Below, piece after piece: positions 16,895-26,836 of a stretch of 40,966 bases of DNA. How positions within the stretch are numbered: the stretch's first letter is position 1; every line of letters starts with the position of its first letter. Source of the DNA: Bacillota bacterium (GTDB lineage: Bacteria > Bacillota > Clostridia > Peptostreptococcales > Anaerovoracaceae); the NCBI GenBank assembly GCA_030526925.1, contig JAUNBU010000001.1, positions 1-40,966 on the forward strand, written 5' to 3'. A model generated the notes under the pieces. That model did not search any database, was not told where the DNA came from, and saw only the letters and a program-made list of their open reading frames with translations. Both the position numbers and the translations under genes were made by a program.

Positions 16895-16927
16895 CAATAG
16901 TGTGATGCCAGAACGGCAACAAGATGT

Positions 16928-16984
16928 TTGATGCGCCATAAAAAACGTGCTACAATAAGGATGATGTAACAAACGTGTAACAAA
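16928..16984 (+). promoter_or_regulatory. SigA promoter followed by a tandem TGTAACAAA repeat
   Basis: TTGATG-17-TACAAT with extended TG; TGTAACAAA at 16965 and 16976. Confidence 0.55.
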
Positions 16985-17027
16985 AATACAATAAAAGAAG
17001 TAATAGATATGGAAAGGAGTTTTTGCA

Positions 17028-17450
17028 ATGAAAAAAAGTGGTTCCAATTATACGGCAGTTCGCTTTCACGGCAACTGCGTTCCGCTGATCATCTTCAGCG
17101 TTTTTGTTTTGCTCTTCGTCGTTGTGGCGGCAATGGGGATCAAGCTTCCACTGGATGCCCAGTCGTTTGAAGCGACAACGCTGATCAAGGTTCTCTCCGT
17201 TGTGGCGGGAGTTCTGGGGATCCTTGCCGGATTCATAGGTCTTCGTGCTGCCAACGAAAAGAGCGACGGCAAGCTGCGCCTTTGTGGCGTGATGGGGCTT
17301 ATAATCATAGTTATCATGTGTACCCTGATGATTTTGTCGGATGGGTATACCAATCCTCACGTATGGCTGCTGCTGGGTACCATAGCCATCATACCCAGCT
17401 ACTTCACGGGTAATGCGCTGCGTTTGATCCGGTTCGGATGGGACGACTAA
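17028..17450 (+). CDS. Hypothetical membrane protein (about 4 TM helices)
   Basis: Four hydrophobic segments; SD GAAAGGAG; own promoter. Confidence 0.75.
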   Translation: MKKSGSNYTAVRFHGNCVPLIIFSVFVLLFVVVAAMGIKLPLDAQSFEATTLIKVLSVVAGVLGILAGFIGLRAANEKSDGKLRLCGVMGLIIIVIMCTLMILSDGYTNPHVWLLLGTIAIIPSYFTGNALRLIRFGWDD

Positions 17451-17469
17451 AGCTCCGCAAGGGAGCGCC

Positions 17470-18618
17470 TTACTCCCTGATGCGCCAGATGGTCAGGAGC
17501 ATGAGGATGCCGCTGCCCATGGCGATGAAGTAAGGCAGATGGGGGATATGAAATCCGCCCAGCAGCCAGGTGATGGCTGACACTATGAGGGGCGTTAGAA
17601 ATTGAGCTAAATACAGGGCTGCGGAGATCAACGGCATGACGGTCACCGCAGCCATTTTTCCTTCTTTTTTGGATGCCGCCGACATGATGTATGGAACGCC
17701 GGCGCCGTTGGCGAAGCCAATGATGGCAGACCCCAGGATATTTCCAAACCAGCCGCCGGAGAGAGCCATGAACCCGTATCCCACGAGGAAAAGCACGGGA
17801 GCCGTGTATTTTGCCTTTTCCTTAAAGACTCTATTGATGTGCACGAAAGCCAAACCGCCGAAAAAGGCGATCAGATCCATGCCTGCCATGATAATCGCCA
17901 CCAGGCTGAGAGGGATGGTCCCGTCTTTCATGGTTTCCATAGCGTAGTTTGTTGGATAGATGAAGAAGGTCACCATCAGCAGGAATATGGCCAGGATGAA
18001 TAGAAAATTCTTCTTGAAAGCATTCCCCGACACTTTCGTTTTCTCGGAATGGAGCCTTTCGTTGGGGATGAACAGCAGACAGAGAATCAGGCTGAACAGT
18101 CCCATCAGATATACCAGAAAGCTGGTGCGCCAGCTGATGTGAGCGAGGAGCCCTGCCAGCAGCGTTGCGATGACGCCGCCCATCTGGTTCATCGCCGAGG
18201 AATAGCCCATCAGCTTTTCCTGTTTATCGTGGTGAAAGTGATAGGAGAGTAGTCCTGTGGACAGGGGCATGATGATGCCCACGCCGATACCCACCAGAGC
18301 TCTGGAAATCAGGACGAAGAAAATATTGTCCACCAGACCGGCTACGCATCCGCCGAAGGTGTACAGCACCAGACCGATGGAAACCAGCGCCTTGGTCTTT
18401 ATTTTTTGGCAAAAGAGAGGGAACGCCAGATTCGTCACAACGATGAACAGAGCGGGAACGCTGACGATCATCTGGATGAACAGAGGGTCTACCGTGGAAA
18501 AGTGCCCGCTTATAACATTCAGGGCGGGAGCTACGGCTGCGCCGGCCATTACCGTAAGCAGGGAAAGGGACAGGATGGCGCATACTAATTGATTGTTGTT
18601 GGTTTTCTTTTCAGACAT
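17470..18618 (-). CDS. MFS transporter
   Basis: About 12 hydrophobic segments; SRALVGIGVG and GG.IATLLAG.LA.ISWR motifs typical of DHA1-like MFS. Confidence 0.9.
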   Translation of the reverse strand: MSEKKTNNNQLVCAILSLSLLTVMAGAAVAPALNVISGHFSTVDPLFIQMIVSVPALFIVVTNLAFPLFCQKIKTKALVSIGLVLYTFGGCVAGLVDNIFFVLISRALVGIGVGIIMPLSTGLLSYHFHHDKQEKLMGYSSAMNQMGGVIATLLAGLLAHISWRTSFLVYLMGLFSLILCLLFIPNERLHSEKTKVSGNAFKKNFLFILAIFLLMVTFFIYPTNYAMETMKDGTIPLSLVAIIMAGMDLIAFFGGLAFVHINRVFKEKAKYTAPVLFLVGYGFMALSGGWFGNILGSAIIGFANGAGVPYIMSAASKKEGKMAAVTVMPLISAALYLAQFLTPLIVSAITWLLGGFHIPHLPYFIAMGSGILMLLTIWRIRE

Positions 18619-18681
18619 GATGATATACCTACCTTCTAAAATTTGATTTGGACCGATGTCACGGAACCAATCTGAAACACG

Positions 18682-18761
18682 AAAAAGCGTAAGCCCTGTC
18701 TGGACTTACGCTTTCGCCACTCAACGATGATATTTTAGCACTTCAAAACGAATAATTGCAA
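18682..18761 (-). promoter_or_regulatory. MFS promoter with an intrinsic terminator in the 5' leader
   Basis: TTGCAA-18-TAAAAT with extended TG, then AAAGCGTAAGTCC-AGACA-GGGCTTACGCTTT followed by TT, about 65 nt before the ATG. Confidence 0.7.
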
Positions 18762-18908
18762 GGATTTTTTTGCAGAATCGTTATAAAAATCGTTACGAAA
18801 CCATGAAACCGTTGTAAAGTCCTTCGGCGCAAAAAAACTGGAAAAGCCACAGACCATACGCTATAATTGAGAAGGAAAATAACGGTAAGATGACACAAGG
18901 AGAAGGAA

Positions 18909-20759
18909 ATGAAGCCGATATCGCAGGAGGCATACGAGCGTATGCAGCAGGAAGACTGGCAATGGGCGAAAGCATTGATACAATGCCAGATAGATGATAA
19001 ACGACCGGGAGTCCGCCACTTGACCAACAGACCGATCATAAACATCAAACAGATGCTGGAGTCCAGCGCTGAGCTATACGGAGAAGGAATCGCCTTTTAC
19101 ACTAAATTCGAGAAAGGTCCATATACCACCATTACCTACAGACAGGTGTTGGATGATGTCAACGGCATGGGAACGGCGCTCATCGCCCACGGAATGAAGG
19201 ACAAGCGCATAGCCGTAATAGGCGAGACCACTTATATGTGGGGGATAGGATACCTGGGGACCCTGTGCGGAACGGGCATCGTAGTACCGCTGGACAAGGA
19301 GCTGCCATACGAAGAACTGAAGAATCTGATCAACGAGGCGGAGTGTTCCGCCGTTATTTTCGATTCGAAAAGGGAAGACATCTTCGTCAAAATGATGGAA
19401 GGGGGAGACACAGGGCTGGAGCTGCTGATCGCTCAGGACAGGCGAAAAGGGGTATCCGAAGGCCCGGAAGGCTCAAAGAAAGAAATCCCGGAGATACTTT
19501 CCCAATGGGAGCTGATAGCAGAAGGCAAAGCACGTATTGCAGAAGGAGACAGAAGCTTTCTCAATGCGCAGATCGACAGCCGGGGGATGAGCATAATCAT
19601 CTTTACATCAGGAACGACGGGGCTTTCCAAGGGAATCATGCTTTCCCACAGGAACATTGCGGCTGACCTTATGGTATCGCCAACGCTGGTGGATTTCCTG
19701 CCGAGCGACATTTTCTTTTCGGTGCTGCCGATCCATCATACATTCGAGTGTACCTGCAACTTCATCATGCCACTGTACAAAGGCGGAGCCATCGCCCACT
19801 GCGAGGGGTTGAAGCATATCGTGAAAAACATACAGGAAGTACATCCCACCTTCCTGCTGGCGGTGCCTGCCATCTTCGAGGCGCTGCATAAAGCTATCTG
19901 GAGGGGGATCCGTACCAAGGGCAAGGAAAAGACAGTGCGAAAAGCCATGAAAGTCTGCAATGCGGCGAAAAAGGTGGGCGTCGATCTGACGAATGTTTTC
20001 TTCAAGGAGATAAAGGAGACGCTGGGTGGTTCCATGCGGATGATGATCTGCGGTGGAGCCGCAATCAATCCGGAAATCCTGGAAGATCTGCAAAGCTTCG
20101 GCATTATGGCGCTTCAGGGCTACGGGCTTTCGGAAGCGGCGCCGATGGGCGCACTCAATCCTGAGAACAAGCCCAAGAGCAATTCCTGCGGGATTGCCTT
20201 CCCGGGATTCGACGCCAAAATATATGACCCGGATGAGGAAGGCGTAGGAGAGATATGCCTCAAGGGAGAAAACATCATGCTGGGATACTACAAGGATCCG
20301 GAAGCTACGGCAGAAGTCATCAAGGACGGATGGTTCCATACGGGTGATCTGGGATACATCGATCAAGAAGGATATATAGTAATTACCGGCAGGAAAAAGA
20401 ACGTCATCATAACCAAGAACGGCAAGAACGTATTCCCCGAAGAACTGGAGTACCAGCTGTCATTTTTCGATGAGATCGAGGAATCCATGGTGTTCCAGGA
20501 GGCAGCTTCCGGCAAGGATGATACTATCATAGTTGCCGGCATCTATCCCGACTGGGCGATGATTCGGGAAAAGCTGGGAGATAAGGCTGACGATGATAAA
20601 CAGGTAGAGGATTATCTGTGGAAGCTGGTGGACCAGGTCAACGGGAAAAATCCTGTCTACAAGATGATAAAGAAGATACACTTGCGCCATACGGAGTTTG
20701 ACAAAAACACTTCGCGAAAGATAAGGAGATTCGTGGAGGACAATAAAAAAGCAATGTAA
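18909..20759 (+). CDS. Long-chain fatty acid-CoA ligase (AMP-binding family)
   Basis: IIFTSGTTGLSKG, LPIHHTFE, QGYGLSE, GWFHTGDLG, ITGRKKNVI and GKNVFPEELE motifs. Confidence 0.92.
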   Translation: MKPISQEAYERMQQEDWQWAKALIQCQIDDKRPGVRHLTNRPIINIKQMLESSAELYGEGIAFYTKFEKGPYTTITYRQVLDDVNGMGTALIAHGMKDKRIAVIGETTYMWGIGYLGTLCGTGIVVPLDKELPYEELKNLINEAECSAVIFDSKREDIFVKMMEGGDTGLELLIAQDRRKGVSEGPEGSKKEIPEILSQWELIAEGKARIAEGDRSFLNAQIDSRGMSIIIFTSGTTGLSKGIMLSHRNIAADLMVSPTLVDFLPSDIFFSVLPIHHTFECTCNFIMPLYKGGAIAHCEGLKHIVKNIQEVHPTFLLAVPAIFEALHKAIWRGIRTKGKEKTVRKAMKVCNAAKKVGVDLTNVFFKEIKETLGGSMRMMICGGAAINPEILEDLQSFGIMALQGYGLSEAAPMGALNPENKPKSNSCGIAFPGFDAKIYDPDEEGVGEICLKGENIMLGYYKDPEATAEVIKDGWFHTGDLGYIDQEGYIVITGRKKNVIITKNGKNVFPEELEYQLSFFDEIEESMVFQEAASGKDDTIIVAGIYPDWAMIREKLGDKADDDKQVEDYLWKLVDQVNGKNPVYKMIKKIHLRHTEFDKNTSRKIRRFVEDNKKAM

Positions 20760-20810
20760 CAGCGTAACCTTAGGAAGCTGTAAAAATAGCGGGATTGAGG
20801 GCTCGCCGCA

Positions 20811-20839
20811 TTGCTATCACCGAGCTATTATGTTAGAAT
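20811..20839 (+). promoter_or_regulatory. SigA promoter
   Basis: TTGCTA-17-TAGAAT with extended TG. Confidence 0.6.
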
Positions 20840-20944
20840 TAAAAAATGTTATGGCGTTATGACGATAGTAAAGCAGCGGCAAGTTAAGCGGCAATAGCCG
20901 GCAATAGAGCAACAGTCGGGAAAGAGTTTTGTTCAGAGGGGAAA

Positions 20945-22900
20945 ATGAGGAAAAAGTTACAGGCAGCCATGATCGTGATGATGTTTGTTGCAGTGTGTAT
21001 GCTATCGGGCTGCGGCTCCGATTCCGGTAAGACGGTGGTCACCATTCAGCATTCGGAGAAGCTGGAGAACGTAGAAAAATTTGTGGAGGAGCAGCTGCCG
21101 GATATAGATTTACAATGGGAGAGAGTAGTTGCAGGGGATTTTAACGATAATATGGTCAGACAGATCAAAGCCGGAAAGGGTCCCGATCTTGTAGTGTCCA
21201 CCCAGCCGGCTTACGAGGAAAGCAAGAGTCATGTGCTTCCTCTGGGAGGGTATTCATTCAGCTCACAGTATGAAAGTACCTCAATCAATAATTTGTCGCT
21301 GGATGGAATGGTCTATTATCTGCCGTTGCCGGGGCAGTACTACGGATATGTTGTAAATAAAACCCTGTTTGATGAGGCAGATATGGAGCTGCCAACCACC
21401 AACGAGGAGCTGATCGAAGACCTTAAGTGGTTCAAGGAAGAAGGAATCGGCGTAACAGATACGGGCCATGTGTTCGGATTTGGCACTAAAGAGGAGACCG
21501 ATACGGGAAATTACCTGGTAGAGTGTATGGTCCCGGATTTTCTTTCTACGGCGGAAGGGATCCACTGGCTTGCGGAATTTGAAGAAAAGAACGCTACCAT
21601 GGCAGGTACCTGGGAGCCGGCATTCGACCTGCTCAACACCATCGTAGAAAACGATCTTATGAGCGTAACCACCTACACCAAGGAAGGGAATGCTCCTGAC
21701 AATCATATTTTCTTAAGCGAGGGGGATATTGTGGCGGTTTACGGTTCTTCATCCTATGCCCAGCGATGTATGGAGCTTAACAGTGAGGCGGTAGCTGCAG
21801 GGACTGCTGAAGAGTACGAATACGTTATGCTTCCGTTCATGGGAGAAGGGGATACTGCCAATTGGACCATTTCCATGCCCGCATCCTATATAGGAATCAA
21901 CATCGGGCTGCAGGATGACGAAGAAAAGCTGGATGCCTGCTGCCGCGTTTTGGAGCAGTTGTCCACGCAGGGAGGGCAGGAAGCTTTGATGCAGGATACC
22001 GCCACGGAGAATTCCTATCTGAAGGGATTTGAAAATAAAGAAGCGTCTGTGGCCGGTCTGGAAGAAACCATAGTCGGCGGCTATGTCTATAATGTAAAAT
22101 TCCCGGGAAAGGTCATCGAGTATCTGGGGATCCAGGGCGAAGATTTTCTGGCAGGAAAGAAGACCGTTGAAGAATGTTTGATAGCGGTAGATGATTATTA
22201 CATCAGCGGTTCTGCGGAAGCAGCAGAGGATATGGAAGTGGTCGGAAGCGTTGCCGAGGATATGATTTTCAAGGACTATAATACCAGATTAGGAGAAACG
22301 ACAATCGGGAATCTTGTGGCAGACAGCGTGGCGGCTCTTTCCGGTGCGGATATCGCCGTAGTCAACGGAGGAGGGATACGCGCCAGTCTCTACGAAGGAG
22401 AGGTCAAAAATCTGGACTTAGAGGCGGTATGCCCATTTGACAATCAGATCGTGGTGGTGGAAATGAGCGGCAAGGTACTTCGCCAGATGCTGAGAAACGG
22501 CGTTTCCGGGCTTGCAGCCAGCGAGGATATACCGGAAGGGAGATTTTTGCAGGTGTCCGGCATCTACTATACATTCGACAGCAGTAAATCCAAGAATAAA
22601 CGGCTGGTGGATGTCACCCTTGCTGACGGAACTGCCATCAAGAACGATAAAACCTACAAAGTAGCCATCAACAATTACATGGCAGGCAAAAACGGATACA
22701 TGGAAGGAAACGGGGACGGATACACCATGCTCAACCTGTACAGCGATGAGATCGCCAAGGCAGAAGGCGTGAAGCTGGTAGAAGAAAACATGGGGACTTA
22801 TAAGGACGCACTGCGTCATTATTTCAAAGAGCACGAAGGCTCTGCGGTAAAGACAGAGTTAGAAGGACGTATTACCGATGTTGCAAAGGACAAAGATTAG
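20945..22900 (+). CDS. Lipoprotein: family-1 extracellular solute-binding domain fused to a 5'-nucleotidase C-terminal domain
   Basis: Lipobox LSGC; SBP features GPDL, DG.VYYLP and NK.LF; C-terminal ETTIGNLVADS, NGGGIR, PFDN, FLQVSG and GDGY motifs; no metallophosphatase motifs. Confidence 0.85.
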   Translation: MRKKLQAAMIVMMFVAVCMLSGCGSDSGKTVVTIQHSEKLENVEKFVEEQLPDIDLQWERVVAGDFNDNMVRQIKAGKGPDLVVSTQPAYEESKSHVLPLGGYSFSSQYESTSINNLSLDGMVYYLPLPGQYYGYVVNKTLFDEADMELPTTNEELIEDLKWFKEEGIGVTDTGHVFGFGTKEETDTGNYLVECMVPDFLSTAEGIHWLAEFEEKNATMAGTWEPAFDLLNTIVENDLMSVTTYTKEGNAPDNHIFLSEGDIVAVYGSSSYAQRCMELNSEAVAAGTAEEYEYVMLPFMGEGDTANWTISMPASYIGINIGLQDDEEKLDACCRVLEQLSTQGGQEALMQDTATENSYLKGFENKEASVAGLEETIVGGYVYNVKFPGKVIEYLGIQGEDFLAGKKTVEECLIAVDDYYISGSAEAAEDMEVVGSVAEDMIFKDYNTRLGETTIGNLVADSVAALSGADIAVVNGGGIRASLYEGEVKNLDLEAVCPFDNQIVVVEMSGKVLRQMLRNGVSGLAASEDIPEGRFLQVSGIYYTFDSSKSKNKRLVDVTLADGTAIKNDKTYKVAINNYMAGKNGYMEGNGDGYTMLNLYSDEIAKAEGVKLVEENMGTYKDALRHYFKEHEGSAVKTELEGRITDVAKDKD

Positions 22901-22914
22901 GAAAAGCGTAGGGA

Positions 22915-25497
22915 ATGGATAAATTAAAGGAAAGGCTTCACCATGACAGGCAATTTGGGATCATAGCGGTGTGTATCATTGCACTGATCATCTGCGTTCT
23001 CGTACTGGGAACGATGATTTTGTCATACCGTTATAAGACGGACAAGACCATCAGCCAAATCAGCCAGATCTATCTCAGCGAGCTTACCAGCCAGATGATC
23101 GGTCATTTTGACACCAGCCTAGAGAGCCAGTTTGCTCAGATCGCAACGGTTCTGGAATCCATTGACGGTGAGAATCTCGCCGATGAGGAAGCGTTGCAGA
23201 ATTTCCTGGGGAGGCAGAAAGTCAATAACGACTTTGCATATATGGCGGTTCTGACAGACGATGGCATGTGCTATACGGAGGATGACAGCTATCCCGCCGC
23301 ATCCAAGATAAATTCCCTTTCCCAGCTGCTCAGCGGAGAAGAGAGGGTGATTTCAGTCAATGAAACCATATTGGGAGACGATATGATCCTCTTGGGGTTG
23401 CCGTCTGAAGGGCTCAGCTTCGAAGGGAAGGATATCGCAGCTGCGCTGGTAGGACTTGACACCAGAGTGCTGACAGAGAAGATCATGCCGAGGGATGCGG
23501 ACAGTAACGCCTATGCCAATGTTCTCACGGAGCAGGGTGCGTTCGTCATGCGCTCTCCTACGGAGATGTCCCAGCAGGCTGGAACTAACTTGTTTACGAG
23601 CCTGCAAGTCAATGCTGCCTTTGATGAGGGGTATTCTCTGGAAGAAATCCGGACCGATGTTCAAGCGGGGCGAGAAGGGATGTCTGCCTTTACCATGTTC
23701 GACCAGCATGAATACATATACTATTCTTCTATCGATGGGACCGACTGGATCATGTGCGTTGCCATGCCGTATGGCAGCCTGGATACCCAGGTCCAGTCTC
23801 TGAGCAGGTTTATGACCGTTATCGCTGTTTTGGCAGCGCTGCTGATCACATTGGTTTTGATCGGTCTTGCCATGTGGTACATACGGGCGATCCAGCAGAA
23901 CGCAGAGCTGCTCGAAAAGGAGAAGGAACGGGCGGAGAATGCCAATCTGGCAAAGAGCGAATTTCTCTCCAGAATGTCCCACGAAATCAGGACTCCGATG
24001 AACGGGATCATCGGCATGACGCTGATCGCCGTACAGAACATCGGAAAACAAGAAAAGGTAGCCGATTGTCTTAAGAAGGTCACCGTTTCATCCAAGCATC
24101 TTCTGGCGCTCATCAACGATGTGCTGGATATGTCCAAGATAGAGAGCGGCAAAATCGAACTCAAGAACGAAAAGTTTGATTTCAGAGGATTCATAAAATC
24201 GCTTTCGACCATATATTATTCTCAGGCGGACGCCAAGGGTATCGATTTTGATACGGTTTTGGTGGGCGCTGTCCACGAGAACCTGATTGGAGATTCTTTG
24301 AGGCTCAACCAAATAATAACCAATCTGCTTTCAAACGCCATTAAGTTCACACCGGTAGGGGGTAAGATCATCCTCAGGGTCACCGCAATAAAGGAAGAAG
24401 AAAACCGCACATGGATGCGCTTTGAAGTCATCGACACAGGCAAGGGTATCGCCCCGGAAAATATGGATAAGATATTCAATGCCTTTGAGCAGGAGGATGC
24501 CGGCGTTGCCAATATCCATGGCGGAACGGGTCTGGGACTTTCCATATCCCACAGGTTTTCGGAACTCATGGGAGGGAGACTGACCGTTACAAGTGAAGTG
24601 GGCGAGGGCAGCACTTTTACGGCTGAGATACCATTTGAATTGATGCAACAGGATGAAACCAGAAAAGAGAAAATCAAGTATGCGGATATCAAGGCGCTGG
24701 TGGTGGACGACGAACCGGAAACCTGTGAGCACGCCACTGTACTTCTGGAGTCTCTGGGAGTTACGGCTCACTGGACGGACAATGGGATGGATGCCGTCGA
24801 GAAGGTGAAGCAGGCTCATGAGACCCATGAGGATTACAACGTATGCTTCGTCGACTGGAGAATGCCGGTGATGGATGGAATAGAGACGGCAAGACGGATC
24901 AGAGAGGTTGCCGGCAATGATGATCTTGCCATCGTGCTCATCACCGCATACGATATCATGGAAGTAGAAGAGAGTGCGCTGAAGGCAGGAGCCTGGGGCG
25001 TCATCGGCAAACCGCTCTTCGAGTCTACACTTGTAGAAGCATTCGAGATGATTCTGGATGAAGATACAGGTGAGGATGTGAAGATAAATCGCAATGCGGA
25101 TTATGATTTTGCCGGTAAACGCGTCATGATCGTTGAAGACAATCAAATCAATCTGGAGATCGCTGCCGAACTGGTGGGGGTTTCGGGTGCTGATATCGTC
25201 ATGGCCACCAACGGCAAGGAGGCTGTAGAGATTTTCAGCAGATCCGGGGAAGGATATTTCGATCTCATACTCATGGATGTACAGATGCCGGTCATGAATG
25301 GGCATGAGGCGACGAAGCTTATCAGGAGTATGGATAGAGCCGATGCTAAAACGGTGAAGATCATGGCAATGACGGCCAATGCCTTCGCAGAAGACGTGAG
25401 GCTGAGCATCGAAAGCGGCATGGACGACCATATAGGCAAGCCTGTAGAGCCGGAAGTTCTTTACTTGAAGATGAGCCAATTGTTAGGAGATGAATAA
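22915..25497 (+). CDS. Membrane hybrid histidine kinase (Cache-like sensor, HisKA, HATPase, two REC domains)
   Basis: Two TM segments; [29 protein letters not shown] and GTGLGL motifs; REC motifs VDWRMP and MDVQMP. Confidence 0.93.
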   Translation: MDKLKERLHHDRQFGIIAVCIIALIICVLVLGTMILSYRYKTDKTISQISQIYLSELTSQMIGHFDTSLESQFAQIATVLESIDGENLADEEALQNFLGRQKVNNDFAYMAVLTDDGMCYTEDDSYPAASKINSLSQLLSGEERVISVNETILGDDMILLGLPSEGLSFEGKDIAAALVGLDTRVLTEKIMPRDADSNAYANVLTEQGAFVMRSPTEMSQQAGTNLFTSLQVNAAFDEGYSLEEIRTDVQAGREGMSAFTMFDQHEYIYYSSIDGTDWIMCVAMPYGSLDTQVQSLSRFMTVIAVLAALLITLVLIGLAMWYIRAIQQNAELLEKEKERAENANLAKSEFLSRMSHEIRTPMNGIIGMTLIAVQNIGKQEKVADCLKKVTVSSKHLLALINDVLDMSKIESGKIELKNEKFDFRGFIKSLSTIYYSQADAKGIDFDTVLVGAVHENLIGDSLRLNQIITNLLSNAIKFTPVGGKIILRVTAIKEEENRTWMRFEVIDTGKGIAPENMDKIFNAFEQEDAGVANIHGGTGLGLSISHRFSELMGGRLTVTSEVGEGSTFTAEIPFELMQQDETRKEKIKYADIKALVVDDEPETCEHATVLLESLGVTAHWTDNGMDAVEKVKQAHETHEDYNVCFVDWRMPVMDGIETARRIREVAGNDDLAIVLITAYDIMEVEESALKAGAWGVIGKPLFESTLVEAFEMILDEDTGEDVKINRNADYDFAGKRVMIVEDNQINLEIAAELVGVSGADIVMATNGKEAVEIFSRSGEGYFDLILMDVQMPVMNGHEATKLIRSMDRADAKTVKIMAMTANAFAEDVRLSIESGMDDHIGKPVEPEVLYLKMSQLLGDE

Positions 25498-26382
25498 ATG
25501 GAACTTCGTGTCTTGAATTACTTTTTAACGGTTGCAAGGGAAGAGAACATCACCAGGGCGGCACAGTTCCTTCATGTGACACAGCCTACCCTCTCTCGCC
25601 AGCTGATGCAGCTGGAGGAAGAACTGGGCGTCAAACTGTTCAACAGGAGCAATCACAGCATCGTCTTGACCGAGGAAGGGATGCTGCTGAAGCGGCGGGC
25701 TCAAGAGTTGCTGTCTTTGGCAGACAAAACCAAGAAGGAATTAAAACAGGAAAAAGAGCTGAGCGGAGAGATTTTCATCGGCAGCGGTGAGTTCCGCAGC
25801 TTTTCCATGTTTGCCACTTTTTTGGCGTCCTTCATGGAAAGGCACCCCAGGGTCCGGTTCGATCTCTACAGCGGCAATGCGGACAACATCAAGGAGCGGA
25901 TCGAGCGGGGGCTGATCGATGTAGGGTTGGTTTCAGCGCCTGTAGACATCAGCAAGTACGAATTTCTTCGTCTCCCAGAAAGGGAGCACTGGGGGTTTCT
26001 GGTACATGAGGATTCTCCACTGGCAGAGAAGGAAATTATCGTGCCGGAGGATCTGGCAGGACAAAAGCTGATGGCATCTCCGCGGACGTTGATACAGGAG
26101 GAGCTGGAAAATTGGATGGGCGATGTGGCTGACCGGGTGGAGGTTATCGGCACTTTTAATTTGCTCTACAATGCAGCCATGCTGGTCCAGCAGAAGATGG
26201 GCATAGCCCTGTGTATCGACCTGGATGCAGAATACAGCAACCTGAAGTTCGTGCCTCTGTCGCCTCAGATGGACGGCGGGTCCGTGTTGATCTGGAAGAA
26301 AAACCAGGTTTCATCTCCGACCGTTGAGGCATTGCTGGAACATACCAAACAATGCGTCAAAGGCATAACTGAAAATACGTGA
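25498..26382 (+). CDS. LysR-family transcriptional regulator
   Basis: MELRVLNYFL.VAREENIT.AA..LHVTQPTLSRQL..LEEELG..LF.R. Confidence 0.95.
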   Translation: MELRVLNYFLTVAREENITRAAQFLHVTQPTLSRQLMQLEEELGVKLFNRSNHSIVLTEEGMLLKRRAQELLSLADKTKKELKQEKELSGEIFIGSGEFRSFSMFATFLASFMERHPRVRFDLYSGNADNIKERIERGLIDVGLVSAPVDISKYEFLRLPEREHWGFLVHEDSPLAEKEIIVPEDLAGQKLMASPRTLIQEELENWMGDVADRVEVIGTFNLLYNAAMLVQQKMGIALCIDLDAEYSNLKFVPLSPQMDGGSVLIWKKNQVSSPTVEALLEHTKQCVKGITENT

Positions 26383-26418
26383 TAAGTATTAGACATTCCT
26401 GAACAAGCAAATTACAAT
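26352..26418 (+). promoter_or_regulatory. LysR-type box plus promoter (copy 1)
   Basis: ATGC-N7-GCAT (26352-26366), AAGTAT, TAGACA-17-TACAAT; same geometry as 30607-30673. Confidence 0.7.
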
Positions 26419-26420
26419 GT

Positions 26421-26448
26421 AGGTATCCCGAAAGGGGTACCTATTTTT
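26421..26448 (+). terminator. Terminator-like hairpin after lysR
   Basis: AGGTATCCC-GAAA-GGGGTACCT followed by ATTTTT. Confidence 0.55.
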
Positions 26449-26467
26449 TAGAGAAGGGAGTGATACT

Positions 26468-26836
26468 ATGACCATCGAGGAAGCCAGCCGCAAATACAAC
26501 ATCCCCGTGGAAATATTGCGAGAGTACGAGAGCTGGGGATTGTGCGGCACGGTAAAGGAAGTGATGGGTGCATGGCAGTATGACGATGAAGACCTGGAGC
26601 GTCTCAGCACCATCATGACGCTGCACGATATCGGATTTACCAACGAAGAAGTAAGAAGCTATATGCGGCTTCTTTTAGAGGGAGAATCCACGGAGAAAGA
26701 GCGGATCGCAATGCTCAACAACAGGCGAAGCTGCGCGCTGGATGAGCTTCATTTCAAACAGAAACAATTGGATCGACTGGATTATCTCCGGTACAAGATC
26801 CGCAAAGATAAAGGAGGAAACGAAAATGAAATTTGA
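26468..26836 (+). CDS. Small MerR-family regulator
   Basis: MTIEEAS..Y.IP.E.LREYE.WGL, YDDEDLERL..I..L..IGF, and a coiled-coil tail. Confidence 0.85.
   Translation: MTIEEASRKYNIPVEILREYESWGLCGTVKEVMGAWQYDDEDLERLSTIMTLHDIGFTNEEVRSYMRLLLEGESTEKERIAMLNNRRSCALDELHFKQKQLDRLDYLRYKIRKDKGGNENEI

Noticed and set aside
18776-18814. AATCGTTA repeats in the divergent MFS/acyl-CoA ligase intergenic region
   Set aside because: Two exact 8-mers and one degenerate copy in AT-rich DNA are insufficient to call a site.
20874-20916. Short CGGCAA(TAG) repeats in the SBP leader as a riboswitch or operator
   Set aside because: Too short and degenerate; no aptamer consensus or terminator recognised.
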